A DNA stretch of 63,157 nucleotides, filler included, from Octopus bimaculoides (GCF_001194135.2; 4 parts of 4 records of this genome joined end to end with filler, not necessarily neighbours in it), one strand, 5' to 3'; shown: positions 1 to 11,632, counted from the whole stretch's first letter. Numbers and translations are program-made. The notes: generated by a model not told the origin, from the letters alone.

Positions 1-231
1 TGCTACGAGAAGCGGAGACATCCCCAATAATATTCTTACTGAAAATAATTCAGATTTCAACTTGTACATTTATTTCTTCAAATATCTCTTTACAGAGCAA
101 GAGTCAAATACTTTTAGTGGTGGATATGAAACCCGCATCTACACGAGATACTGAAAAAAATTATTGCAGAAGCAGAAATTCTATCAATTTTAGTTATATA
201 TTTTTTGGTGGATAATTAGGCGAAGCTAAAG

Positions 232-293
232 AATACGTACACCACCCGTTTCCGGGGGTTAGGGTGACGCCGAAAACGGGTGGTGTGCGTATT
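232..293. repeat. Short inverted repeat (24-bp stem, 14-nt loop), probably the core of a MITE-like element
   Basis: AATACGTACACCACCCGTTTCCGG (232-255) vs CCGAAAACGGGTGGTGTGCGTATT (270-293): 22/24 complementary. Weaker outer inverted match near 160-175 and 304-320. Confidence 0.75.
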
Positions 294-847
294 TTTTTTT
301 TTTTACTTCTGCCTATAATTAACATCATTACCGCGAATGAGTGTGAAATTTAATTAATGTAATCAAAGGGTTAAAAGAAAAGATAGAAGTTTCTACTCTA
401 CAGCGCTTACAGTTATTTTTAGGTACAAATGGCATCCCTGTCAACTACAGAAGCTGTACAAAAGACGCAATCCAGCATGTCATGTGTATTTTTGCAAAAC
501 AGAATTTTTGTTGAAGAATTATAAAGATATTAAGCAACAAATCCGGGAGAAAATCCCACTACAATTTAAAAGCAAAATAGCTACTAGGTAGAAGGAGATA
601 TCTCTTCAAGGAAACGAAAACAGGAAATAAAATAATTTCAGTGAAACCATTACCTCAATTAACGATTTTATAAAACTTTTAGTTTGAGTGAAATAAATAA
701 CCCTGTATATATACTATACTATCAGAGGAGAAAGCCTCTAAACTTTTTTCAATCTCTTAAAATAAGACACAGGCAATATTACCTTAGATGTTTCAAACGA
801 CAGTATGATTATAATCAGAATGCTTTTATTTGTCGGCTTTTCTTATT

Positions 848-1010
848 CTTTACGTTCTCAGCTCAAATGCCGTTGAAGTTCACTTTGCCTTTCATTCTTT
901 CGGGGGTGAATAAATGTCAGTTGAGCACTGGGTCGATGTAATCGACTTCACTTCCCCTCAAAATTTTTGACAAATTGACTAGTGCTGATTTGGGGTTCAA
1001 AACCAATATT
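848..1010 (+). mobile_element. SINE family B fragment (5' truncated)
   Basis: Matches the CACTTTGCCTTTCATTC...GGGTCGATGTAATCGAC core of the other family B copies. Confidence 0.7.
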
Positions 1011-1365
1011 TCAGTGAATATGGTTTCGTACCACATTTCGCTTACTTTCAAAATCTAACAATTTAAAATCTGCTACATTCTGCAACACTCCTAAACGAAG
1101 ACCTCTTCTCATCGGGGGCAAGTAAACCACTGACCCCAAAGCTTAATTACTTGGAGGATAAGCATAATCGATATTATTGAACCCTAAATATATGACTGGT
1201 GCGAGAAGTCCTATATGCATTGGTAAATCAAAGGATTTAGCAAAAGACAGCCCCATTAAATACTGTACGCCGCTCTATAGTTCAAATGTGTTCGAAGTCA
1301 ATTGTTTTTTCATCGATTTCGAAGTCGATAAAAATAAATAATACACTAATATAGAGAATAATACA

Positions 1366-3018
1366 TCAGTGTAGAATAATGTATACCAGTCCCCATTCGT
1401 TCTGCCTGTCTGGAAAAGAAAATTGTGAAATATTCAAGATGAAATGACTTACATTTATAATTGTAGGTAATGTGATATCATCATGCGAGTATAATTTCAA
1501 AGTCCGATTCCATATGTCGGTCGTTACACAATGAAGATCGTCGCTGTATCCACTGTAGAAAATGATAACTTCCTCACTCGGTTGTAGTAGTTCATTGCAT
1601 CCAATTGCGATTCGAGATGCAGATTTAACTCCAATGGTTTGAGCTACTTCAGCTGAAGTACGAATTAACTCATTGCTGACCGATCGATATCTAGGGAGAA
1701 CATCAGAAATGGAAATCTTAAATTTCCCAATTTGTAACATTTTAGTATTCTCCTGACGCTTAACTATAGTTTCCGTATCAAATTCCTGGCGTTTAGGGGG
1801 TTTATGCAAACCCTTTTCAAGTACTGTATCCTTGTTCGCAGGAACTGTATTAATAACCGATTCTTCGCATATTCTAGCAAAATCCTCCTTTGTCAGAATT
1901 TTAATACAATGCGGAGATATTTGGTCAAGATAATGTATAGTCTTAGAGAAAATTTTTTTCAAACAAGATTTAACTCGTTTCGGTTGATACTTTTCAATGC
2001 TCGTATTTTCATTTGTTCCATGAGCAACATCCTTTTTATGAAATTCTTGCAGACGTAGATTTTGGTTACTATTAGACAATGTATTCTTCTTCAGGTTTTG
2101 AGTTAATCCGAGCGCACCCATTAAACCGATTTCTGGATTCGGACAAATATCTATCAATGTATTATCAGATCTAATTTCAACATTATTACAATGCATGTCT
2201 TTTGGATTATTTGCTTTTCGATTCTCGGTTTCTTTATAGAATTGATCAAAAGCTGACCATGACAAAGGTGTTTTCCTAAGTGGTTCATTATACACGTGTG
2301 TCCATTTCAGTATTTCTTCATTTATATTTTCCTCGAACCTTACTCGTTTTTCGACTTTTTTTGGAGCCGATTCTACATGTATTTTATTGATAGCTTCGGC
2401 AGGATAGTCTACATATGTAACCGAGCATGGAGTTGCAATAGCCTCACATTCAGTAGGGAGATAAAACGGAGTTTGTGTAAAACGATCTTTCGTCCAGAAA
2501 AATGTTTGGGTTGAAGCGTTTTGTTTTTTGATTTCTGGTGTATTCACGATGGAAAACGAAGATACTTCTGTTTGTGTTTCAGATTCGTGAATATTAGAAG
2601 TTCCTGATTTTCTTCGTTCTTTTTGGTAAGAAATTATTTTTTTATTTTCACCTGAACAAGGAACAGGTGAACGGTAATATACCGAGCACATTTTGGAAGA
2701 TAACTCTTGGTTAAGATTCGAAGTTTTATAAGACTTATCTGGAAAGGAATCTACCATTCGTGCTTCATAATATTGTCGCAGTCGATGTTCAGGTATCGGT
2801 TTGCAATCACTTCTGGAAGAACGGTCTAGTATACTGATTTTATTTTTTGAAGCATGCCGAGGTGTTGCCGAAATTGGTTTGGTCTCAGTTGGATTTTTAA
2901 CACCAGACAAATTAGTCTGCGAGTCTTTGTCATGAGATTCAGTTATAATATTCTTTTTAGAATCAACTTGAGATTTATCTCTAATATTTTCTTTTGTTTG
3001 TCCCCGTCGTGAGTTCAT
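1366..3018 (-). CDS. Intronless 550-aa orphan protein; S/T/K/E/N-rich, with 3 TQT anchors, an RVxF motif and a possibly folded C-terminal ~120 aa
   Basis: 1653-nt uninterrupted ORF in repeat-free AT-rich DNA. In-frame TAA two codons upstream of the ATG. No family recognised and no TE motifs seen. Confidence 0.75.
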   Translation of the reverse strand: MNSRRGQTKENIRDKSQVDSKKNIITESHDKDSQTNLSGVKNPTETKPISATPRHASKNKISILDRSSRSDCKPIPEHRLRQYYEARMVDSFPDKSYKTSNLNQELSSKMCSVYYRSPVPCSGENKKIISYQKERRKSGTSNIHESETQTEVSSFSIVNTPEIKKQNASTQTFFWTKDRFTQTPFYLPTECEAIATPCSVTYVDYPAEAINKIHVESAPKKVEKRVRFEENINEEILKWTHVYNEPLRKTPLSWSAFDQFYKETENRKANNPKDMHCNNVEIRSDNTLIDICPNPEIGLMGALGLTQNLKKNTLSNSNQNLRLQEFHKKDVAHGTNENTSIEKYQPKRVKSCLKKIFSKTIHYLDQISPHCIKILTKEDFARICEESVINTVPANKDTVLEKGLHKPPKRQEFDTETIVKRQENTKMLQIGKFKISISDVLPRYRSVSNELIRTSAEVAQTIGVKSASRIAIGCNELLQPSEEVIIFYSGYSDDLHCVTTDIWNRTLKLYSHDDITLPTIINVSHFILNISQFSFPDRQNEWGLVYIILH

Positions 3019-4786
3019 TTTTACTTATTCGTCTTGCAAGCAGTTTGTGTTGGGAGCAGTCTTAGGTGATGTCTCGATACGAGATGAAATATGATGCACT
3101 GAAATTAGTGTCTACACACACGAAACAATTAGTTGTAGATTCGTAACTGTGAAGCGAAATGACATTGGTTTCAACTAAAATACAAGCGGTCTGTGAATTT
3201 ATGTTAGGCCACTGCAGTTTTCCTATTTTCGAGGGAAGTCTTTTTGGAAATTGCCGCCATCCCCAAATTGGGGCCTGAATTAACACGTTTTAAGTGATTT
3301 GAAGTTAAAGTAAACATTAGATTATTTTTTAGCCATTAAAGTTCCACTTTTCAATAACAAGAAGCTGGAATACATTTCTTAACGCGCAATATAATAATTA
3401 TATAAGTGGTAAATGTGAAACAAAGCAAACTTAATTGAAAATTCTCATACAAGAGTTAATAAATGATGTGATGCAAGTTAATTATTAGTGAACAAAATAA
3501 AAAAAAAAAGATTAGTCCTATATAAGGAAGTTATGAAAATATCAATTCAACACTGAATATTTGAAAACGAGGCTGCTTCTTTTCGCTTTCACAAATTCGA
3601 CCCTTCCTAAAACAATTCTACCTTTGGTCACTGAGAACCATTGAAAAATTAGTACGTCAGTACCGATACAAAATTTCGTGAAGATCCTTTTTGTTTACAA
3701 AAGCTTGCATGTTATGTATTATTAATTACTGAAATATAGTTTAGCAACTATTGTTGCGAGCAAAACGAAACTGCGTTAAGGTTTCAATTCATAGTGATTG
3801 TATCTACGTCGCTAGCAAGCACGTTTATAAAACGGTCAAATAAAATAAATTTTTTTTTGCTCCTTTTATTATTGTGAGACATTTTGTCTATGAAAACCTG
3901 TGTGACAAATTAAGTTGATCAAGAAGTACACTGCATAGAAGTTAATAACATAAACCGGCTTCCATTTTACTTCGAAACCGCTTTGCAAGAATGAAGTGAA
4001 ATCTCAACTTCTTATATATGACACTCTACCTAATTAATTGTCACTTATTATTGTATGAGGGTAAATTTTCGCAACAATAATGACTTCAGAATTCAGTTTT
4101 GTTTCCTGCCAATGTGAAAGGACTGAATGATTACACTTTATCTTCAAGAAAACTAGGAAGCCTTTACGTAGTCTTTTGACCTGCGAGAAATAGCAGCAAT
4201 ATCCTCACCCCTCAAATAATCACACCATACAGTCTAAAAAGGTAGGAATATTAGTTAATGTAGTCTTTGATACCTGTCCTTGTTTGTCCCCTCCATGTAT
4301 CCTTTTAATAGGAATAAAAGAAATACTTTGATACCTGAAAAAATGGGATGGTCAAAGCTAGAAAGTCTTTGATCAAAGGTTTACTCGATCAATATTACTT
4401 GAAATTAAGCAACGAGATTTTAAATTCATTTAAATGTCTCGGGTTAATTTTATGTATGTATAAAATTGAACGATTGCAACATAGCTTTAAAATCGTGAAC
4501 CTGAACGAAAGCTATAGAAACAGAGAGAAACAACTGGTGATAATTTCAAACGAAAATATAATAAAACAAATCACACGAAATCAATTTTGTTTATAATTAT
4601 ATTTTAATCATCGTTAAACTTTACAAGAACATAATTAGAACTAATTGTCGTGATGATCAAGTAGGGTAGACTTCTTGTTTAGGCAACTCTCAAACCCGTA
4701 TCTGACGTAGTGTCTTTTTTTGAATTTATTCCACACCATTTGATTCGTTCAACTTCCTTCCATTTCAAGATTGTGTGATGAAGATT

Positions 4787-4797
4787 TCAGTAAGCAT
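4787..4797 (-). CDS. SCP: Small cardioactive peptide precursor, last coding exon (G|AT GCT TAC TGA = D-A-Y-stop)
   Basis: Acceptor ttttgatattgcag. Phase matches the phase-1 donor at 7858, giving ...SVCVADAY*, similar to cephalopod SCP C-termini as I recall them. Confidence 0.75.
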
Positions 4798-5175
4798 CTG
4801 CAATATCAAAATAACGGAACATCATTTAGTGGTTTAAAACTCAGAAGTAGAATGTCGCGGTTTTCTGAATTGACCTTACACAACGCATCTTATACAACAA
4901 TTTCTTTCTGTTTGCATATTTGCAGTGAAATCTTAGCCTCGGATTATTTTAATAGGGTATGAGAATCTGATATAAATTTTCTTTTGAAGAAGATATTTAT
5001 CCGAAACATTTCAGTTCACCGCTACCACATGCTATAAAAACCTATACAAACTTTTTATATTTTATACCACAAATGTCGATGTATATACGCTACCGTGTAT
5101 AAGAGGTACTCCGATTTTGTGCCTGGAATTGTTTTAAATATTTTTGACATTATGTTGCGCTGACATAATATTACA

Positions 5176-5500
5176 GGTGCAGGCATGGCTGTATGGTTAA
5201 AAGGCTCGCTTTGCAATCCTTTGGATTCGGGTTCAATTCCACTGCACAGCACCTTGAGCAAGTGTCTTCTTCTAAAGTCCCGGACCGCCCAATGCATTGT
5301 GAGTGAATTTAATGGACAGAAATTGTGTGGAAGCTTGTCGTGTATATTATATATGTATGTATTTATCACCCCTCACACTTCAACACTGTAACTTAGCGAT
5401 TCGGTATTAGGGATGAATAAAATAAGTACAAGACTTAAAAACATAAGTACTCGGTTGATCAAACTCCTTCAAGGCGGTGCCACAGCATGGTTTTAGTCTA
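5176..5500 (+). mobile_element. SINE family D (tRNA-like head, internal microsatellite)
   Basis: GGCATGGCTGTATGGTT...GGTTCAATTCCACTGC...CTTGAGCAAGTGTCTT head shared with more than 10 copies. Confidence 0.8.
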
Positions 5501-5511
5501 TGTGAGAATAG

Positions 5512-5954
5512 CAGTGGTCAGCAAGAAAAAAATTTTGAAATGGTGTCGGGACACCGAACACCCTCTTTAGCTAATTCGAGGGCGTTGAATCTGAAAATAA
5601 CCTTACTTTTTCTTGGTTAGCTACCGTTTTAAGTCTCGAACCAAATCATTCAGCTCATTTTGGTTAAACGGCTCTGGCACCGTTTCGAGAACATAGCCAG
5701 GGTCGCTTTCGCCGTGTCTCTCATTTACATTAGCATCAGACTCGTCACTTTCAACAAATTTCAAATTTTTGTGAAAAAACTGGGATTGGCAAATCATCTG
5801 AATGCGGCACCGGTCGAATAGCGGAATGAAGATTGGGGTAGTCGATAACAGACCTGCGTTTCTTTTGGTTCACTCCCGCAACACTGACTGAGCAGAAGTA
5901 ACATTGGTCAGAGTCGTTCTTCGGTTCACGCCAGATCATAGGAATAGCGAATCT
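5512..5954 (-). mobile_element. Internally deleted DNA transposon, probably Chapaev3-like (CMC superfamily)
   Basis: Translates to FAIPMIWREPKNDSDQCYFC...YPNLHSAIRPVPHSDDLPIP, then after a frameshift EPFNQNELNDLVRDL. These are conserved motifs of a widespread invertebrate transposase. Subfamily name is from memory. Confidence 0.7.
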
Positions 5955-7512
5955 NNNNNNNNNNNNNNNNNNNNNNNNNNNNNNNNNNNNNNNNNNNNNN
6001 NNNNNNNNNNNNNNNNNNNNNNNNNNNNNNNNNNNNNNNNNNNNNNNNNNNNNNNNNNNNNNNNNNNNNNNNNNNNNNNNNNNNNNNNNNNNNNNNNNNN
6101 NNNNNNNNNNNNNNNNNNNNNNNNNNNNNNNNNNNNNNNNNNNNNNNNNNNNNNNNNNNNNNNNNNNNNNNNNNNNNNNNNNNNNNNNNNNNNNNNNNNN
6201 NNNNNNNNNNNNNNNNNNNNNNNNNNNNNNNNNNNNNNNNNNNNNNNNNNNNNNNNNNNNNNNNNNNNNNNNNNNNNNNNNNNNNNNNNNNNNNNNNNNN
6301 NNNNNNNNNNNNNNNNNNNNNNNNNNNNNNNNNNNNNNNNNNNNNNNNNNNNNNNNNNNNNNNNNNNNNNNNNNNNNNNNNNNNNNNNNNNNNNNNNNNN
6401 NNNNNNNNNNNNNNNNNNNNNNNNNNNNNNNNATAGGTGAAACTACTGGGTCTTTTTGAAAAGAAAGACTGAGAAGCGTTAATTTTTGAGGCGGAAGGAC
6501 AATTACCCCGACGGTTGGAAAATAGATCTAAGTTATGTACTAAATCAGAACGTACATTCACCTTTATGATTAAAGTATAATTAATCCATGGTTGGCGTAT
6601 AGCATTGCCACTTATTATTTTTGGACAGCAGTATTCTCGAATAGCGCTGACCTAAAAACCGATACAAAAATTAACACAAACGTGATAGTCGCATGATATA
6701 CAAGACTATAAAGGATCGTCTGTTAGAAATAGAAGTCAAAGATCCCTTAAATCATACCCACACTATGCCCTATTGAACACGACTTTAGATTAATCAACAG
6801 CAGTGCAGATCTATATGGACTGGGACATTGTGGAGGCGGTACATTTAAATCTCTTGGTCATAATGATAAATATTCCAACAGTCATAAAATACGACGCTAC
6901 CTGTTGGTTTTAGCGTACCCTACAAAACAAAAAAAGGGTGCTTTCTACTTGAGCATTGAGATTTTGGAGGAGTGTGTCACGAGACCAGACCTTTCTTTAT
7001 TCGGTGCTGTCGGAATCGTGTCACACGAGAGAATGCATACATCGACCAGTTCTTTTAAGAACCATAATTTTCAATGACTTGTGGAGGGTCTACTCTCACA
7101 TTCCTAAAATTGATGGTTATAATCTTTGACATAGTAAACTCAATACTGGTTTACTGTTCTAACTCGAAAGATGCTACCTACCCGCAACAAGTAGAAAAAA
7201 AAATCACTTGGGCCTGTGTAAAACGAGGGAATAAACGACGCTGTGGGGCCCACCGATCCATGACTGACTTGTATTTCTGCGAGTTTATGTGGCGCAGGTG
7301 ATAGGATTACAACGAACTAGTTGGAATAATATCACCCTAAGATGGTACTTTGTGAAGAAAGGCAAAGTTAGCCTCGGTGAGATTTGAACACGGAGTGACA
7401 ATTCACCACCTTGTATTAAACTTATTAAGAGGTCTAACACGAAGTGACGAATTCGTACTCTGATTTCAGATCTCGACGAAGTCATTTTTGCCTTGTCTCA
7501 TAAATAAAGTAA

Positions 7513-7670
7513 TGGCACTCCGTCAGTTATGACGATGATCAACGGAACAGCCTGCTTGTGAAGTTAACGTGCAAGTGGCTGAGCACTCCACAGACAAATG
7601 TACCCTTAACGTAGTTCTTAGGGAGATTCAGCGTGAGACAGAGTGTGACAAGGCTGACCCTTTGAAATTA
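7513..7670 (-). mobile_element. SINE family A, 3' fragment
   Basis: Contains GCAAGTGGCTGAGCACTCCACAGAC...CCCTTAACGTAGTT, the reverse of the family A core. Confidence 0.8.
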
Positions 7671-7857
7671 GAAGAGACGAGGCGGGGAGACGAGCTTGCA
7701 TGGGAAACATCGTCTTTCATGAAATGTGTTACCTAGACCTTCATGTTGGAGAAGAACGTTCTAGATGCAGATTTGTGGTATCACAAGAAATATGGAGGCC
7801 AGGGTACTTTGAATTACAAGCACGTAGAAGCAAGAAGAAACAAAAAGAATAATTTAC

Positions 7858-8041
7858 CTGCAACACAAACAGAGTAGATCGTTCTTTGTCCAGATTTCTG
7901 TAAAACTTTTTTCAGACCAGGGCAACATTCCATTCCAATCGGACAGATACCGACATATTTCGTAAGAGGCATACCGCAGCACGTATAATCCGGCTGATTA
8001 TCAGATCGCCCCTGACGGGGCAATGCAAGGTATCCATTGCT
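7858..8041 (-). CDS. SCP: Small cardioactive peptide (SCP/oct-SCPRP) precursor, main exon: SNGYLALPRQGRSDNQPDYTCCGMPLTKYVGICPIGMECCPGLKKVLQKSGQRTIYSVCVA
   Basis: Acceptor ttctgttttag, donor G|gtaaat, 184 nt. Encodes SNGYLALPRQ-G-R (amidation signal), matching the peptide isolated from Octopus vulgaris brain, followed by the CC-C-CC-C domain of molluscan SCP precursors. Confidence 0.93.
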
Positions 8042-8287
8042 CTAAAACAGAATAAAAATAAATTGATAAGTAAAACCAACATTCGCTGAGAATAAAACAA
8101 TAACATATATTTTCAAGCAGAGAGATATGTAGAGAGTTTTTTTTTCTGAGAATATCAAAGAGCTTATCAAACTGAGTATGAATTATACACACGCCCGTAT
8201 ATAGTATTAGTGTGTATAGAGTTACACCAAGTTCATCGGAATAATTCTATTTAATGAGGAGAATAAGTACGAACTGAAAACAGTAAC

Positions 8288-8439
8288 TGTGGCTGTGTGG
8301 TAAAAAGCTTGCTTCCCAACCACATTGTTTCGAGTTCAGTCCCACTGCATGGCATCTTGGGTAAGTGTCTTCTATAGCCTCGAGCCGACCAAAGCCTTGT
8401 GAGTGGATTTGGTAGACGGAAACTGAAAGAAGCCTGTCG

Positions 8440-8480
<41 letters not shown>

Positions 8481-8694
8481 GTGTGTGTCTGTGGTCGTCC
8501 CTCACCACTGCTTGACAATCGGTGTGTTTACGTCCCCGTAATTTAGCGGTTCGCCCAAAGAAACCGATAGAATAAGTACTTGGCTTCAAAAAAAAAAAAA
8601 AAAAAAGTCCTGAGGTCGATTTGTTCGACCAAAATCCTTCAAGGTGCTGCTCCAGCCTGACCGCAGTCAAATGACTGAAATAAGTAAAAGAATA
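8288..8694 (+). mobile_element. SINE family D, near full length
   Basis: Family D head, (TA)n insert and GACTGAAATAAGTAAAAGAATA tail. Confidence 0.85.
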
Positions 8695-8774
8695 TACTCT
8701 AATCCCTAATGGAACAACACAAATACATCATACTTGAGGAGACAAACACAGACACACAAACATATGCATACATG

Positions 8775-8816
<42 letters not shown>

Positions 8817-9362
8817 NNNNNNNNNNNNNNNNNNNNNNNNNNNNNNNNNNNNNNNNNNNNNNNNNNNNNNNNNNNNNNNNNNNNNNNNNNNNNNNNNNNN
8901 NNNNNNNNNNNNNNNNNNNNNNNNNNNNNNNNNNNNNNNNNNNNNNNNNNNNNNNNNNNNNNNNNNNNNNNNNNNNNNNNNNNNNNNNNNNNNNNNNNNN
9001 NNNNNNNNNNNNNNNNNNNNNNNNNNNNNNNNNNNNNNNNNNNNNNNNNNNNNNNNNNNNNNNNNNNNNNNNNNNNNNNNNNNNNNNNNNNNNNNNNNNN
9101 NNNNNNNNNNNNNNNNNNNNNNNNNNNNNNNNNNNNNNNNNNNNNNNNNNNNNNNNNNNNNNNNNNNNNNNNNNNNNNNNNNNNNNNNNNNNNNNNNNNN
9201 NNNNNNNNNNNNNNNNNNNNNNNNNNNNNNNNNNNNNNNNNNNNNNNNNNNNNNNNNNNNNNNNNNNNNNNNNNNNNNNNNNNNNNNNNNNNNNNNNNNN
9301 NNNNNNNNNNNNNNNNNNNNNNNNNNNNNNNNNNNNNNNNNNNNNNNNNNNNNNNNNNNNNN

Positions 9363-9666
9363 GAAATTAACGTACAAGTGGCTGAGCACTCCACAGACAC
9401 CTATACCCTTAACGTAGTTCTCGGGGATATTCAGCGTGACAAGGCTGACTCTTTAAATTACAGGCTCAACAAAAACAGGAAGTAAGAGTGAGAGAAAGTT
9501 GTGGTGGAAGAGTACAGCAGGGTTCGCCACCACCACCTGCCGGAGCCTCGTAGAACTTTAGGTGTTTTCGCTCAATAGACACTTACAACGCCCGGCCTGG
9601 GAATCGAAACCGCGATCCTATGACTGCGAGTCCGCTGCCCTAACCACTGGGCCATTGCGCCTCCAC
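9363..9666 (-). mobile_element. SINE family A (3' end in gap)
   Basis: Near-identical to 32970-33347; tRNA-like head reads GGCGCAATGGCCCAGTGGTTAGGG on minus. Confidence 0.85.
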
Positions 9667-10564
9667 TTATCTGAAAGTATCAGAATGTTTACGACTAAAA
9701 CAGCTTTGAAACGTATCTGCTCAGCCCCAAATGACCGATGGCTAAACCACACATCCATAACAACCATATAACTTGCGCTCTTCTCCAAAAAATGACTTTG
9801 TGCTTAATAAATGCTTTGATTATCATTTAAATTGATTGCCCGAAGGCTGTAAACTGTACTGTAGTCAATATGTTCGAATGAAACACAGAGCATCACACAG
9901 AGAGAGAGAGAGACATATACAAACATGCATACATCTACATATACACATATAAACGTACATAGAAACACATTAATACATACGTAACCATATAATCATATAT
10001 ACATACACACACACAAACATCTGCATTTAGACACATTTATGTACACACACATATATACACATATACTCGCATATACAAATACATTCATATATATTTAAAT
10101 ATGAACATATTCAAAATAATATATTTTAATTTATTCCTATTCTCTTCTGAACGCTTATTCAAGTTAACAAACAATGCATTATTTTCATTTCATCGTGTGG
10201 AGTCCGTATCTGCTGTTAGCACCTATACCAAAACGCTTCGTCATTTCACATCATTATAACACTTGTCTTTCTCTATTGGGGCAATAATTGGAGCTCGATA
10301 GGGGACCTGCAGCGGTCTTTTCAAATACTAGCTTAAAAAACAAAAATAATAAGATGGCATAGGGAGAGAGCCTTGGAAGTTATGTAAACGTAGGGAAACG
10401 AATGTGCATTGGTTGAGAAGAACAATTTTCTTTTACAGATGACAAAGCTCTATTCAATCTACCCATTTTTTAATAAATGAGGATATTATGGTCTCGATTC
10501 ACTTCGTCAACCGAGACTACAATACACGTTAAATATCCAGCTTAATTCAATGGCAAGGGTCATA

Positions 10565-10795
10565 TTTATTTCTTTATTGCCCATAGGAAGATAAGCCTAG
10601 AGGGAACAAACAAGGACAGACAAAGGGATTAAGTCGATTACATCGACCCCAGTGCGTAACTGGTACTTATTTAATCGATCCTGAAAGGATGAAAGGCAAA
10701 GTCGATCTCTGCAGAATTTGAACTCAGAACGTAATGGCAGATGAAACACCGCTAAGCATTTCGCCCGGCATGCTTACGATTCTGTTAGCTCGTCG
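10565..10795 (-). mobile_element. SINE family B (long-tail variant)
   Basis: GATGAAAGGCAAAGTCGA...GAATTTGAACTCAGAACG core shared with 21513-21737 and 33481-33713. Confidence 0.85.
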
Positions 10796-11414
10796 AGGGT
10801 TACATAATATGGAAAAGTATGGACATCGCATACACTATGTTAGCTATCCAATAAACTGTATAGTTTGCGTTTGTCGTATCACAATTTATCGACCCCGAAT
10901 GGATGAAAGGCAAAGTCGACTCGTCGGAATTTGAATACAGAACGTGAAGGCGAACAAAATACCTATAACTACTTAGCTCGACGTGCTAACAGTTCTGCCA
11001 CCTCACCGCCCTATCAACGTCAGTAATGATAATAACAGCAAAAAAAAAAGAAAAAAAAAAATTATACGAACAGACGTCTGCAATACAATCTACAAAACTA
11101 TTCATGACGTAATATTTGTGTAAAAGAGGTGTAAATATTAAAAAGGCCGGTGAAAGGTGAATAATGGTGAGGAAGATGTTATTGTAACAGATAATTAAAA
11201 CAAGAGCAAAATACGAATAATTGAAAGACGAGACAATGCGAGACAAATTTAACGCTTTATTTAACATGAGACCTAAATTCTAGGATTCGTGTGGTGCACA
11301 ATGCGGCATTTTGTATGGGTTGTCACGATTTTGACTAAACAAAACATTGTTCTCGAAAGATAACAAGCAAAATATTCTGCACAACTGCTCACCTACTAAT
11401 ACATTGCCCCGATT

Positions 11415-11632
11415 AATATTACTTTCAAATTTTGACTCAAGGCCAGCAATTTCAGGGGAGTGGGGTAAGTCGATTATATCGACCGATTATTCAACTGGTA
11501 TTTATTTTTATCGACCCTGCATAGGCATTTGAGCTCAAAACGTGGCGGCATTTGAGCTCAAAACGTGAAGACGGACGAAACGGTGCTAAGCATTTTGTCC
11601 GGCATGCTAACGATTCTGCCAGCTCGTCACCT
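11415..11632 (-). mobile_element. SINE family B (short-tail variant)
   Basis: Family B core and head. Confidence 0.75.

Noticed and set aside
232-304. Rho-independent terminator (hairpin plus poly-T)
   Set aside because: Eukaryotic context; more likely a repeat-element hairpin.
5176-5250. tRNA gene-like A/B boxes (also at other SINE heads)
   Set aside because: They continue into multicopy SINE bodies and lack a clean cloverleaf.
6751-7077. ~109-codon open frame on + without a Met
   Set aside because: No recognisable motif or splice support; antisense within the SCP intron.
7814-8106. Track ORFs 7814-8023 and 7912-8106 as standalone genes
   Set aside because: They are partial or off-frame readings of the SCP exon plus intron.
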